Virus record (IMG/VR): IMGVR_UViG_3300023174_000048 | Coordinates: 1-64,000 of that record | DNA from: a virus | Lineage: Duplodnaviria > Caudoviricetes | Direction: 5' to 3' (one strand) | Length of the DNA stretch: 64,000 bases | Part shown: piece by piece, positions 17,808 to 27,323 of the stretch | Numbering within the stretch: the stretch's first letter is position 1 | Layout: each line of letters starts with the position of its first letter | Translations under genes and position numbers: made by a program | Notes under the pieces: generated by a model | Database searches by the model: none | Seen by the model: only the letters and a program-made list of their open reading frames with translations | What the model was told of the DNA's origin: nothing

Positions 17808-17939
17808 ACATTGATATTAACAAAAATGAAGCATGGAAGATACTGGATGCTCTAGCGTCCTATAAAAAAGACTACGCATTAAGTGGGGCGGTTGTTAAAA
17901 CAATTGACAGTGCTATTAAGAAACTAAGGGATTTTGTAA

Positions 17940-18152
17940 ATGAAAATTAATAATAAGACTCATATTACTATGAGCGACGAAGATGTTAAGGATGCTATTA
18001 TAAAATATCTTTATCAGAATCAGGGGCTGAGTGGTATTTTTGATGTGAAATTTAAGGTTGTGAACAAACCTATTGGTCTTAACACAAGAGATAATATGGA
18101 TCACTGGGTATTTAATTGTGCAGAAATAACGGTGGATTTAAATGAAAAATGA
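17940..18152 (+). CDS. hypothetical protein
   Basis: packed ORF. Confidence 0.6.
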   Translation: MKINNKTHITMSDEDVKDAIIKYLYQNQGLSGIFDVKFKVVNKPIGLNTRDNMDHWVFNCAEITVDLNEK

Positions 18153-18372
18153 AACCACTAACTTTATTCTAATCTGTATAGCATATTTTGCCATAGGATT
18201 AATCTTTGCTCATAATTATGTTCAAGATAAAACAATAAAGATTACACAAGATACTCTGGAAACTCTTATTAAAATTGAGATGGTTACTGAAAAACAGTTT
18301 AATAATTTACAAGATAGAGTAAAGGAATTAGAAGATGATGGCTCAAGAAGAATCGCCAATATTAGGAAATAG
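18142..18372 (+). CDS. membrane-anchored coiled-coil hypothetical protein
   Basis: hydrophobic N-terminus. Confidence 0.6.
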   Translation: MKNETTNFILICIAYFAIGLIFAHNYVQDKTIKITQDTLETLIKIEMVTEKQFNNLQDRVKELEDDGSRRIANIRK

Positions 18373-18451
18373 TATTAATGACGGCGTTAATGCCCCTTTT
18401 GCTGATTTATATTTACTAGATTTTCCGGAGTGGTATGATGTGGAGTGAATA

Positions 18452-18643
18452 ATGGACATAGATGATTATATCAATTCTCTGGTAAAAGATAATGAGAATT
18501 TAAAAAATACTATTGAGTCTCTTAAAAACGAAATAAGAACTCAACGAAAAGAAATTGCTGTTTTAAGAGAAGAAAGGAGACTTATTTTAGATCAGGATAA
18601 AGGACCGAATGTTATAACATGGAAAGAAAACAATAACGATTAA
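18452..18643 (+). CDS. coiled-coil hypothetical protein
   Basis: GGAG SD. Confidence 0.6.
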   Translation: MDIDDYINSLVKDNENLKNTIESLKNEIRTQRKEIAVLREERRLILDQDKGPNVITWKENNND

Positions 18644-18659
18644 TTTCAAGGAGGAAAAT

Positions 18660-18983
18660 ATGAAAAAGTTTATTCTAGGACTGATGATTGCTGGACTAAT
18701 TTCTGGAGTTTGTGAGGCTAAACCACGAAAAGATTGTTCATATACCAGTAATTATTCGGTAAATAATGCTACTGCTCAAGGAGTAGCAGAAACTATGGCA
18801 TCACGAAATAGTGTGGGTCATTTTGGTGGAAATTCTGGATATGAAGGATGTGGTAGCGGAATGACTCAGCAAGAAGCATATAATAATTGTTGTTTTGCTA
18901 ATAGCAGAATGACAACTGTTGATGTTGGATATGCTCAAAGTAGAAGTGGCAAATGGTATTGTTGTCGTCGATATTCTCGATGA
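18660..18983 (+). CDS. secreted Cys-rich CAP/SCP-like protein
   Basis: GGAGG SD, signal peptide, AETMA...GH...EGCG...VGYA..G.WYCCRRY. Confidence 0.6.
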   Translation: MKKFILGLMIAGLISGVCEAKPRKDCSYTSNYSVNNATAQGVAETMASRNSVGHFGGNSGYEGCGSGMTQQEAYNNCCFANSRMTTVDVGYAQSRSGKWYCCRRYSR

Positions 18984-19020
18984 TTTGTACTATCTAATCT
19001 ATCAAGATTGATTTGACTAA

Positions 19021-19050
19021 GGGGCTGCGGAGCATTTTTCCGTAGCCCCT
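19021..19050 (+). terminator. GC-rich hairpin, probable terminator
   Basis: GGGGCTGCGG/CCGTAGCCCC inverted repeat after CAP-like gene; weak U tract. Confidence 0.55.
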
Positions 19051-19056
19051 AAAGTC

Positions 19057-19085
19057 TTGACAACGCATTGTCGATATGGTATACT
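19057..19085 (+). promoter_or_regulatory. sigma70-type promoter
   Basis: TTGACA-17-TATACT, GTCGAT in spacer. Confidence 0.8.
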
Positions 19086-19109
19086 AAAGAGAACCATTGG
19101 AGATAATAT

Positions 19110-19385
19110 ATGAATACTATTGAGGCAATTTGGACGATTCAAAGTAGTTTGATTGAAAAAGACAACACCATTAAGAATATGGAAGAAAGAAATTCTGCTC
19201 TAACAAAAGTTGTGGCTACTGTTAGAACAAATTTGGAACGTGCTATCAAGGGACATATTCCTCTTAATCAAGCAGTATACGACTCTGTTGACCTTTGCAG
19301 AGCAAACTTTAAATACATGGACTACAGTTTGGGTCAAATTAAACAAGACCCTCCGCTGAACGAATCGGATAAGATTTTACAATGA
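19110..19385 (+). CDS. hypothetical protein
   Basis: GGAG SD after promoter. Confidence 0.7.
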   Translation: MNTIEAIWTIQSSLIEKDNTIKNMEERNSALTKVVATVRTNLERAIKGHIPLNQAVYDSVDLCRANFKYMDYSLGQIKQDPPLNESDKILQ

Positions 19386-19585
19386 AGAATAATGACCAAT
19401 TAAAACAATTTATCAATGAAATAGGATTTGATAGAACACTTCAGTGTTTGATTGAAGTTCTGGATGATTCTATAAATAATGAGAATATTATTCCTTTATG
19501 GAAACTAAAGGTTGTCGAGTATTTAGAGCAGGCTTATGATGGGTATATGAATCCCAATAATGATCCATCATACGAAAATGCTTAA
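19382..19585 (+). CDS. hypothetical protein
   Basis: ATGA overlap. Confidence 0.6.
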   Translation: MKNNDQLKQFINEIGFDRTLQCLIEVLDDSINNENIIPLWKLKVVEYLEQAYDGYMNPNNDPSYENA

Positions 19586-20189
19586 AATAAAAAACCAACC
19601 ATATAACAGCGTCTGGATAAGTGCCGATTCTCAAGAAGAATTGGGGCGAACTTTTATTCGTTTTCAAGAATACTATGAAAGTCCTAATCCAGAATTTAGA
19701 GGTAAAATATTCACATTAGGAATGGTACGACAATGGTACTCTGTTAAATATGGTGCTGATACTTACCACTATGATTGGACAGGATTTAATTTTCCAAGCA
19801 AAGTATTACTTCCTTTCAAGCAGGGGCTTTTTGATCCTTTAACTAGCGAAGAAATTGAGTTACTGAATCTGTTTAAATATAGGCATGATAACTTTTATAT
19901 TATGGGCGCCCAAAATAATGCAACATTAAGACACGAACTATCTCATGCTCTTTATGATTCTAATGAGAAGTATAGAAATGAGATTGATTCCTACATTAAA
20001 AAAAACAAAAGAGGATTAGCCAAAGCCAAAAAATATATTCTTGATAAAGGATACGCAGAAGAAGTGTTAAATGACGAGATACAGGCTTATGTTACAGACA
20101 ATGATGATCAAACTATTATAAGTAGCACTGATCCTCATATTATTTTAGATATCAATAAGATATACAAGAAATACAGGAAACTACAATGA
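19578..20189 (+). CDS. HExxH-motif protein (putative metallopeptidase-like)
   Basis: RHELSHALY motif. Confidence 0.55.
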   Translation: MLKIKNQPYNSVWISADSQEELGRTFIRFQEYYESPNPEFRGKIFTLGMVRQWYSVKYGADTYHYDWTGFNFPSKVLLPFKQGLFDPLTSEEIELLNLFKYRHDNFYIMGAQNNATLRHELSHALYDSNEKYRNEIDSYIKKNKRGLAKAKKYILDKGYAEEVLNDEIQAYVTDNDDQTIISSTDPHIILDINKIYKKYRKLQ

Positions 20190-20371
20190 GTGAAGATGAG
20201 GATTTTAGCGACGAAGAAAAGAGTTACCATGAATGGGTAAGTAAGAATCTATCCTTTATCAGTCAAAATAAACAGTCTGTTAATGTTATGAAAAAATTGT
20301 ATCTGGAAGGTTTTGCTGCCGGATGGCAATACCGAAAAGAATATGACTCAAAGGAATGGTTACAAAAATGA
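20186..20371 (+). CDS. hypothetical protein
   Basis: ATGA overlap. Confidence 0.6.
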   Translation: MSEDEDFSDEEKSYHEWVSKNLSFISQNKQSVNVMKKLYLEGFAAGWQYRKEYDSKEWLQK

Positions 20372-20679
20372 GTCCAATGTATAATCCAGAAGATTGGGAT
20401 AAAGAATTTGATCTGACTCTAAAATATGAACCAATGAGCGAAACTAACATAAATAGAATGTTGGTTCAGTATAAGCATGATGATGTTCTTGACTATATTA
20501 AACAACTATGGAATCTTATTGACTATCAGAGAAAAGTTATATCAGAACAAACTAAACAAATTGTTGCCATAAAACACAAAGTGGCATGGAAGCATTATGA
20601 CAAAGAAATAGACTATGCTGATCCTGTAAATAGAGTCAATACTAATAAATCAAAATGCACAGACGAAATGGGTTGCTAA
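20356..20679 (+). CDS. hypothetical protein
   Basis: packed ORF; start may be 20368. Confidence 0.6.
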   Translation: MVTKMSPMYNPEDWDKEFDLTLKYEPMSETNINRMLVQYKHDDVLDYIKQLWNLIDYQRKVISEQTKQIVAIKHKVAWKHYDKEIDYADPVNRVNTNKSKCTDEMGC

Positions 20680-20934
20680 ATGTTTAAGATTACTGAGGTT
20701 AAAAGTTGGGCAAAAACTTGGGGCTATTCTATTCTTAAAGAGAAAGATGATAGCATTAACGGCGCTAGTTACTATTGGATCAAGAATGATGACCCTAATG
20801 TTACAGGAGTTGCTCTTAGCGTTAGCAAAGTAACCATTGCTATTTATAATCATATGACTAATGATAAGTATGTGGAGCATCAAAAACAATATCAAGAAAA
20901 TAAAAATGATACAAAATTCTCAACAGCAGAATAA
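20680..20934 (+). CDS. hypothetical protein
   Basis: abuts previous stop. Confidence 0.65.
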   Translation: MFKITEVKSWAKTWGYSILKEKDDSINGASYYWIKNDDPNVTGVALSVSKVTIAIYNHMTNDKYVEHQKQYQENKNDTKFSTAE

Positions 20935-21077
20935 TGAAATTGAAAATCAATGCTTAGTACCAGTTGCTATTGCAACACCTGTGGTAAATGGTGTGATTGG
21001 TGGAATATCTAGCGTAATTACTGCTTATTTTTTTAAGCCAGTATGGGAAAAAATAGTAAAGGTATGGAAAGCAAACG

Positions 21078-21314
21078 ATGTATCTTAAATTAATATCTAA
21101 ATCTGGCGAGTGGTTTGATTCTGGAACAGAAGTTTTTGATGCTACTATTTGTGATTGGGGCAAAAATAATAAAAGACTTTTATTGGATGATTTTAATACT
21201 CATTGGAAACCAGCAGGACATATTTTGGCAAGAGGATTAAAAAACGGGTTTTGGGATGAGGAACTTTGTCCATTAGAAGAGTTTGAAATATCGCACACAG
21301 AGGATCAAATATGA
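21078..21314 (+). CDS. hypothetical protein
   Basis: coupled to thyX. Confidence 0.6.
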   Translation: MYLKLISKSGEWFDSGTEVFDATICDWGKNNKRLLLDDFNTHWKPAGHILARGLKNGFWDEELCPLEEFEISHTEDQI

Positions 21315-21934
21315 ATACAGTAGAACTATTAGGTTATTATGGTGATGATAAAATCCACGCATGTTCAGCATGGACGAGTACCTCAAGAGATTTGTCAGAA
21401 GATAAAGTTACTAGAATTCCAAAACTTTTGACTATGTTAGCCACTGAGGGGCATCATACTCCATTTGAAAAATCTTTATTACATTTTCTTGTCACAACAG
21501 ATATTGCTTCTCATATCCATATTATTAAGCACAGAATAGGAGTAAGTGTAAATGGCGAAAGCGCAAGATACAAAGAAATTAAAGAAGATCAATATCTTAT
21601 TCCAAATGATTGGCCCGAAATCTGGAAAGAGAAACTAAAGTATTATACAGAAGAAGGGCTGAATCTATATCATGAGTGTGTTCAGAGTTTGACTGAAAAC
21701 TATAATATTGACAGAAAAAGAGCAAAAGAATCTGCTCGATTTTTTCGACCATATAATACTCAAATAACAGCAGACGTTAGTTTTAACTGGAGAAGTTTTT
21801 ATCATTTTCAATCTTTACGCAACAAACCTAATGCTCAGTTAGAGATTAGAGAAATCGCACAAACTATGTTAGACTTAGTAAAAAATATTGAAGGTAATCC
21901 TTTTCAGCACACAATATCTGCATTTAATCTATAG
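21311..21934 (+). CDS. thyX: FAD-dependent thymidylate synthase
   Basis: GHHTPFE, KHRIGVSVNGESARY (RHR-x7-SxR motif), AQLEIRE. Confidence 0.92.
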   Translation: MNTVELLGYYGDDKIHACSAWTSTSRDLSEDKVTRIPKLLTMLATEGHHTPFEKSLLHFLVTTDIASHIHIIKHRIGVSVNGESARYKEIKEDQYLIPNDWPEIWKEKLKYYTEEGLNLYHECVQSLTENYNIDRKRAKESARFFRPYNTQITADVSFNWRSFYHFQSLRNKPNAQLEIREIAQTMLDLVKNIEGNPFQHTISAFNL

Positions 21935-21941
21935 GTATCCA

Positions 21942-22466
21942 ATGTTAACCATTAATATAACTCCAGAAATTTATCAAGAAGCAGAACAACGTAATCTGTC
22001 TTATAAAAAAAGGTATGGAAATACTGGCACTCATAGATTAAATAAAGACCGTCAAAGAATGACAGGTTATCTAGCAGAAGCTAGTATCAGATCGTATTTT
22101 CCTCAACTAAATTATAGCGATAATGATAATGTAGACTTTATAATTGACTCAATAACAATTGATTCAAAAGCACAAGGATGTAATACTAAACCATTAGATA
22201 ATTATGTTGCAACACTTTATGAAGAACAAAAAGCAAGAGATGTGGATTATTATATTTTTAGTAGAATAAAAAATGATTTTAGCATCGCATGGATATGTGG
22301 TGCTATTTCAAAAAAAGATTTTTTCGATCTTTCTACTTTAGTAAAGGCTGGAACGTCCAATAATAATTTTACATATGATCAAAGTAGGTATGAGATACAA
22401 TATTATAAATTAATAGACATCAAATCATTTCTTAATCAGATTGGATCATATAATGAAACTGTTTAA
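21942..22466 (+). CDS. hypothetical protein, possibly PD-(D/E)xK nuclease fold
   Basis: G.LAE...VDF....IDSK pattern. Confidence 0.5.
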   Translation: MLTINITPEIYQEAEQRNLSYKKRYGNTGTHRLNKDRQRMTGYLAEASIRSYFPQLNYSDNDNVDFIIDSITIDSKAQGCNTKPLDNYVATLYEEQKARDVDYYIFSRIKNDFSIAWICGAISKKDFFDLSTLVKAGTSNNNFTYDQSRYEIQYYKLIDIKSFLNQIGSYNETV

Positions 22467-22647
22467 TATTACTGCTCAGGTTTATAAGAATAACGATCTT
22501 TCAAAACAAAATCTCTTAATAAATGAGGTTCACGATGGCTTGTCCTCTGAAGAAGCATTAAATAATTTTAAGCTTCATTTTCCTTCCATAGAATACTCTT
22601 TAGTAAAAATCCTATCTGTTGAACAAATTTCTAAAGTTTTTGCTTGA
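22453..22647 (+). CDS. hypothetical protein
   Basis: packed ORF. Confidence 0.55.
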   Translation: MKLFNITAQVYKNNDLSKQNLLINEVHDGLSSEEALNNFKLHFPSIEYSLVKILSVEQISKVFA

Positions 22648-22672
22648 CTGTAGCCGATACTTGTGGTATGCT
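22644..22672 (+). promoter_or_regulatory. sigma70-type promoter
   Basis: TTGACT-17-TATGCT, GCCGAT in spacer. Confidence 0.65.
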
Positions 22673-22691
22673 GGTCAAAAACGAGGAAACT

Positions 22692-23603
22692 ATGCGTTAC
22701 GGATTGTGTTGTATTTCGCTCAAACTTAAAGAGCAGGGTATTGGTCATCAGACCATGACTTTTAAACGCTTCAATTCTCTGCCGCGAGAAGAAGCCATAG
22801 GAATCCTTGGAGATAGGATTCTTAATAATCTTATTACTACTCGTAAAACTATTGAGTTTTGCGGACAAAGTGACTATGTTTATCGTGTTAGTAGCGATAT
22901 TTTTCCTCTCATTACTTATGATGAGGCTAATGTAAGTTTGGAAGATTTGCCAAACCATGATGAAATTCAAGATGAGTTTGATAATATTGCACAAAGTATT
23001 ATTGATAGTAATGTAAGAGTTTCTGCACATCCATCGGAATTTAATAGTTTGTCTAGTTTGACTCCAAAAGTTGTGGAAAAGACTATTACAGAATTGAACT
23101 TCTACAGTAGTTTTTTCGACAGAATTGGTTTGCCAGCAGATACTAATTCGCCCATGAATCTTCATGTTCATAATAACAATGGAACAAGAGAAGAAATTAG
23201 TCGTCGTTTTTACGAGAACTTTAAAAAGTTAGACGAGAATTGTCAGGCAAGGCTCACCATAGAAAATGATGACAAACTTAATTGCTGGAGTGTGCGTGAA
23301 CTGGTAGATATTTTTCATCCTATTACACGCATCCCTATATGCTTCGATTATCTGCATCATAAGTGTCATCCTAATAATTTGACAGAGTGTGAGGCTATCA
23401 ATATGTGCTATGATACTTGGCAAACTCGTCCATTATTTCATTATAGTGAGAGTAGGATTGGAAATAATCCAAGGGCTCATTCTGATTATTCAGAAAATGC
23501 TTTTAATACTTACGGGCTAGAATTCGATGTAGACATGGAATTAAAGGCAAAAGATTACGCTATACAAAGTCATATAGAAATTACCAAAGGAGTTTTGACA
23601 TGA
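22692..23603 (+). CDS. uvsE: UV DNA damage endonuclease
   Basis: RYGLCCI, YRVSSDIFP, RVSAHP, LTIENDDK, FDYLHH, HYSES, HSDY, MELKAKD; GAGGA SD before 22692. Confidence 0.93.
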   Translation: MRYGLCCISLKLKEQGIGHQTMTFKRFNSLPREEAIGILGDRILNNLITTRKTIEFCGQSDYVYRVSSDIFPLITYDEANVSLEDLPNHDEIQDEFDNIAQSIIDSNVRVSAHPSEFNSLSSLTPKVVEKTITELNFYSSFFDRIGLPADTNSPMNLHVHNNNGTREEISRRFYENFKKLDENCQARLTIENDDKLNCWSVRELVDIFHPITRIPICFDYLHHKCHPNNLTECEAINMCYDTWQTRPLFHYSESRIGNNPRAHSDYSENAFNTYGLEFDVDMELKAKDYAIQSHIEITKGVLT

Positions 23604-23749
23604 GTGCTTGGCTAATTGCATTAACTGGTTGCATATACTTGTATGTGGCTGCGGAACAATATCTTGTTCATGGGAATGTTGGTATGCTTATTACATATGT
23701 TGGTTATTCTTTCGCTAATGTTGGATTATATATGTTAGCTTCAAAATAA
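23600..23749 (+). CDS. small membrane protein
   Basis: MSAWLIALTGCIYLYVAAEQYLVHGNVGMLITYVGYSFANVGLYMLASK; AAGGAG SD; not in ORF track. Confidence 0.65.
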   Translation: MSAWLIALTGCIYLYVAAEQYLVHGNVGMLITYVGYSFANVGLYMLASK

Positions 23750-23880
23750 GGTACCATTTATGAAAGAACCAATAAAGATTAAACTGACTGATAATCCAGA
23801 AAACAAAAATGTAAAATTAACACCGCTACTATCAACATCATATTATGATATTGAAATGTCGAATGATATTTGGATAAAAA

Positions 23881-24339
23881 ATGAAAATACTAAACAAAAC
23901 AATACGCAAAGCATATCAAAATTGGAACCCGAATCGTCTGATTAGATGCTACCACTATGCTGCCGCATTTGATGGAACCAAACTAATTTGTTTCACCCAA
24001 AACAACCCGATTAAGACTCATACTGGTGCTTATAGAATCGGTGAAGATTTTAATCTGGAAAAATATAAGGAGTTCCCATATTATCATTCTGAATCTCGTC
24101 TTATTTCTAAACTTTTGGATAAGTATAATACCATTGATTCTAATTGGTCAATTGTTGTTATGCGTATTAATCGAAAGGGATTGATTTTAGGAAGTAAACC
24201 TTGTAAAAATTGTGATAAACTTCTTAATGCTGTAGGATTAAATACAGTCTATTATAGCACAGACGATGGGAATTTTATTGACAGTGTTGGAAATTTGATT
24301 GAAGGCAACGAGTTGACAATGCCGATGGTTATGATATAA
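23881..24339 (+). CDS. cytidine/dCMP deaminase-like zinc protein
   Basis: HSE...SKPCKNC (HxE/PCxxC). Confidence 0.75.
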   Translation: MKILNKTIRKAYQNWNPNRLIRCYHYAAAFDGTKLICFTQNNPIKTHTGAYRIGEDFNLEKYKEFPYYHSESRLISKLLDKYNTIDSNWSIVVMRINRKGLILGSKPCKNCDKLLNAVGLNTVYYSTDDGNFIDSVGNLIEGNELTMPMVMI

Positions 24340-24340
24340 T
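24313..24340 (+). promoter_or_regulatory. sigma70-type promoter
   Basis: TTGACA-16-TATAAT, GCCGAT in spacer. Confidence 0.75.
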
Positions 24341-24359
24341 CCGCTAAACGGAGGAAACC

Positions 24360-24578
24360 ATGAATTGCGTTTATTGCAAGAATTGTGTTGGAGTTGATCG
24401 CTATGAGTTTCTTGTTGAAACTGGTCGCAAAATTATTTGTAAAGATTGTAGTGTAGAAAATCGTGCCATAGGATTTTTATCGTACAGCCATAAAACGGCC
24501 CCCGAATTAGTAATGATCCCAGCAAACAACAAAGAAGAAATAAGAAGATGCAAAAGAGTAAATCGTCGTGCTAGATAA
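24360..24578 (+). CDS. DksA/TraR-type C4 zinc finger protein
   Basis: CVYC..(R.E)..ICKDCS at N-terminus; GGAGG SD. Confidence 0.55.
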   Translation: MNCVYCKNCVGVDRYEFLVETGRKIICKDCSVENRAIGFLSYSHKTAPELVMIPANNKEEIRRCKRVNRRAR

Positions 24579-25203
24579 CTTTACCATTTTTTCTTATGTT
24601 ATCTTTAGCCCATAAAGGTTGTAGATTACTGTAATGAAAACATATTTTTTGTTGTTCAAAATTAGTCAGATCAAAACTACAACACGGTTTAATATGATCT
24701 ATATGCCATTTTCCATAGTTTTTCCAGGTCATTCCCTTAGTGAATCGCCTTTCTAAGTAAGACTTTAATTCATCTATGGTACAACCAAGTAAAGTTAATG
24801 CACTAGATTGTTTACTATCTCGCGTTATTGCTTTCCATAATCTGCCACGCAATATTACACTTAATCTAAAATTGATATTTTCATAATATTTTTTGGTAAC
24901 ATATTCTCTATTTTTTACTCTTATTTTATCTTTATTTTGTTGTCTATACTTCTTACTATAATTATTGCGTTCTTTTTGATGTCTATAGTAATATCTCAAT
25001 CTATTTTTTCTAACAGTTTCAATGTTCTTTTTTTCCCAACGATCATGAATTTTTTTGTCTTGTTTGGGGTTGTTTTGTCTCCATTCTCTATTTACAATAG
25101 TATAACAACTACGACAATAAACACATTTACCATCTTTTTTAGCCTTATTATTACTAAAATCATTCAAGTCTTTTTCAATCTGACATTTAACGCATTTTTT
25201 CAT
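24571..25203 (-). CDS. HNH endonuclease (Zn-ribbon + HNH), paralog D
   Basis: CVKC..CRSC; WHIDHIKPCCSFDL..CFHYSNLQPLWAKDN. Confidence 0.9.
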   Translation of the reverse strand: MKKCVKCQIEKDLNDFSNNKAKKDGKCVYCRSCYTIVNREWRQNNPKQDKKIHDRWEKKNIETVRKNRLRYYYRHQKERNNYSKKYRQQNKDKIRVKNREYVTKKYYENINFRLSVILRGRLWKAITRDSKQSSALTLLGCTIDELKSYLERRFTKGMTWKNYGKWHIDHIKPCCSFDLTNFEQQKICFHYSNLQPLWAKDNIRKNGKVI

Positions 25204-25211
25204 ACAATTCC

Positions 25212-25239
25212 TTGACATTACGAGAGCATCGGATACAAT
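25212..25239 (+). promoter_or_regulatory. sigma70-type promoter
   Basis: TTGACA-16-TACAAT directly upstream (opposite strand) of HNH D start. Confidence 0.7.
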
Positions 25240-25288
25240 TAACATACACCGATTGGGGACAGAAAACCAATATTTTTAGGAGGTCACG

Positions 25289-25498
25289 ATGAGCAATATG
25301 ACTTGGCTACAACTGTATAACTTTCTTTATGAAAGAGCAAACGATATTAATAATCCCGGCAGTTTTCCTTGGCAAGAAAATGTGCAAGTGTTTGATTTTG
25401 AAACTCTAGAATATTACCCTACTGATTTTATTCAGATGCCTGATAACAAGATTTCTTTGAGTATTGATACTTCTAACACAAACATGGAGACTGTTTAA
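25289..25498 (+). CDS. hypothetical protein
   Basis: AGGAGG SD. Confidence 0.7.
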   Translation: MSNMTWLQLYNFLYERANDINNPGSFPWQENVQVFDFETLEYYPTDFIQMPDNKISLSIDTSNTNMETV

Positions 25499-25744
25499 AT
25501 GGAATTAGAAATTGAAAGCCTCTTGTTTAAACAAGTTGAAAAGCCTAAAAATCATCTTATGACCAAGATTATTAATGTTTGGGAAAATCGTTATCGCATT
25601 AATGTGTATACTGAAATTTTTGATGAAACTATTCAACTAACTAAACGTAAGATTAGTGCTAGTTATTTTTGTCATTATAGTCCCGGTAAACTTGAAATAA
25701 AGGATAGTCCAAATGGATCAGGAATTACAAAATCAACTTTATAA
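25499..25744 (+). CDS. hypothetical protein
   Basis: GGAG SD, abuts previous stop. Confidence 0.7.
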   Translation: MELEIESLLFKQVEKPKNHLMTKIINVWENRYRINVYTEIFDETIQLTKRKISASYFCHYSPGKLEIKDSPNGSGITKSTL

Positions 25745-26126
25745 AAAGTATCCAGAAATTTTTTCTAATAGACTAAAATCTCCTACAGAGTCATGTATGA
25801 GTATGGGTATAGAGTGTGGAAATGGATGGTATGATCTTATAAATTCAATTTGTCAGATAGTAGAGAGTCTTAATAAGAATATCAAAGATAGAAATAGACT
25901 TATTGCTGGAAATAATGAAACAATTATTGATTTCAAATTTGATCAGATTAAAGAAAAGTTTGGCGGACTTAGGGCTTATTATTCTGGTGGAAATGATTAC
26001 ATTCGTGGTTTGGTTACTATGGCTGAAACGATGAGTTATAAAATTTGTGAAGTTTGTGGGAACAAAGGAAAACCAAATAAAGGCGGCTGGATTAGCACAC
26101 TTTGTGACGGTTGCAGAAAATCTTAA
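25713..26126 (+). CDS. hypothetical phage protein
   Basis: ECGNGWYDLI...QIKEKFGGLR..CEVCG..W..TLC resembles a widespread phage family. Confidence 0.8.
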   Translation: MDQELQNQLYKKYPEIFSNRLKSPTESCMSMGIECGNGWYDLINSICQIVESLNKNIKDRNRLIAGNNETIIDFKFDQIKEKFGGLRAYYSGGNDYIRGLVTMAETMSYKICEVCGNKGKPNKGGWISTLCDGCRKS

Positions 26127-26136
26127 AGGTGACGGC

Positions 26137-26164
26137 TTGACAGTGCCGATAATCCTGTTATACT
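26137..26164 (+). promoter_or_regulatory. sigma70-type promoter
   Basis: TTGACA-16-TATACT, GCCGAT in spacer. Confidence 0.75.
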
Positions 26165-26204
26165 TGGAGCATAAGGCTTAAACAACGCACTGGAGAAGAA
26201 TAAA

Positions 26205-26618
26205 ATGGGTAAGGGACAAAAGGCTTGTGAGAATTGTGGTCAAACTACCGGCCCCCGTGCTTATATGTGTAAGAAGTGTAATACTCCTTTTATCTTCAAG
26301 GTAAAGGGTCGAGAGGCTAAAGAAACCAAGATTATCCATAAGGTTGATTGGCGTGAACTTATTAAAGGCGACCGAATCAAGGTTGGTGGTGGGCCTTATT
26401 TTGTTAGCAAAGTAGGACAAGAATTTATTCCCATGGGATACCGTGGTAGATTTGTTGTTGAGCGAGTTGATGACCAAGGTATTCTCGCCTGGGGGCTTGA
26501 CAAGAACGCTGGATTTGCTCATATTTATATGGGTGGAGATATTCAGAATAAAGAAACTGGTGTTTGGAAAACTAGGCATAAGTTGATCAAATTGAAGCAG
26601 AGAGAACAGGTAGTATGA
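26205..26618 (+). CDS. zinc-ribbon hypothetical protein
   Basis: CENC..CKKC N-terminus, GGAG SD. Confidence 0.75.
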   Translation: MGKGQKACENCGQTTGPRAYMCKKCNTPFIFKVKGREAKETKIIHKVDWRELIKGDRIKVGGGPYFVSKVGQEFIPMGYRGRFVVERVDDQGILAWGLDKNAGFAHIYMGGDIQNKETGVWKTRHKLIKLKQREQVV

Positions 26619-26893
26619 GTTTAAATCCTCAACAAAAAGAAGCACTACAAAATCTTTACTCTCATAGAGATCATATAGAAGATCATCTAAATAAAATTGA
26701 CACTATTTTAAAGATGTATTTTCCAAAAGAATATGCTCTGGCATATCAGCATTGGTTGCCCCAAATAAAAACCGGCCTAAGAGATAATACTAAATGGCTA
26801 CCAAGAGGACAATATTCAATGGATTATACTTTGAATACATTGGTAGATCATATAATTAATGATTTGGATAAAGGTGTAAGTAAGTATATCTAG
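26615..26893 (+). CDS. hypothetical protein
   Basis: ATGA overlap. Confidence 0.7.
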   Translation: MSLNPQQKEALQNLYSHRDHIEDHLNKIDTILKMYFPKEYALAYQHWLPQIKTGLRDNTKWLPRGQYSMDYTLNTLVDHIINDLDKGVSKYI

Positions 26894-26903
26894 TAAATTA
26901 CTT

Positions 26904-27323
26904 TTGGAGAGTATGAACATGAGCGACGTTTATGCCATTACTGATCTTGAAGGATACGCCACAGAAATGCGTGAGGCTGCGGCTAAAAGTCTATCACAGT
27001 CTTATGAAGAAAATCTTGATGATTTTATCAGTATCGGACAAATGATTAATCTTGTAAATAGCGAATGTGTTGGATTTGATAATAAAGATCGTCCGTTGCT
27101 CAATGAAGATGCTAATGAAACAATCTATGAACGTACTGTAACATGGATTCATAATGTTGGACTAGCAAAACTCGCTGCTAAAGGATTAGTAGAATGTGCT
27201 TGGGATGAAAAAAGCAACGAGATGGTTTTTTGGGCTAATCCAGAAATCACAAAAACAACAAAGAAAAAGAGAAAACCAAATGACAAACCTATCAAACGAA
27301 GAAATAAAAAGAAAGATTCGTGA
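26904..27323 (+). CDS. hypothetical protein
   Basis: GGAG SD; start within 26904-26919. Confidence 0.7.
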   Translation: MESMNMSDVYAITDLEGYATEMREAAAKSLSQSYEENLDDFISIGQMINLVNSECVGFDNKDRPLLNEDANETIYERTVTWIHNVGLAKLAAKGLVECAWDEKSNEMVFWANPEITKTTKKKRKPNDKPIKRRNKKKDS

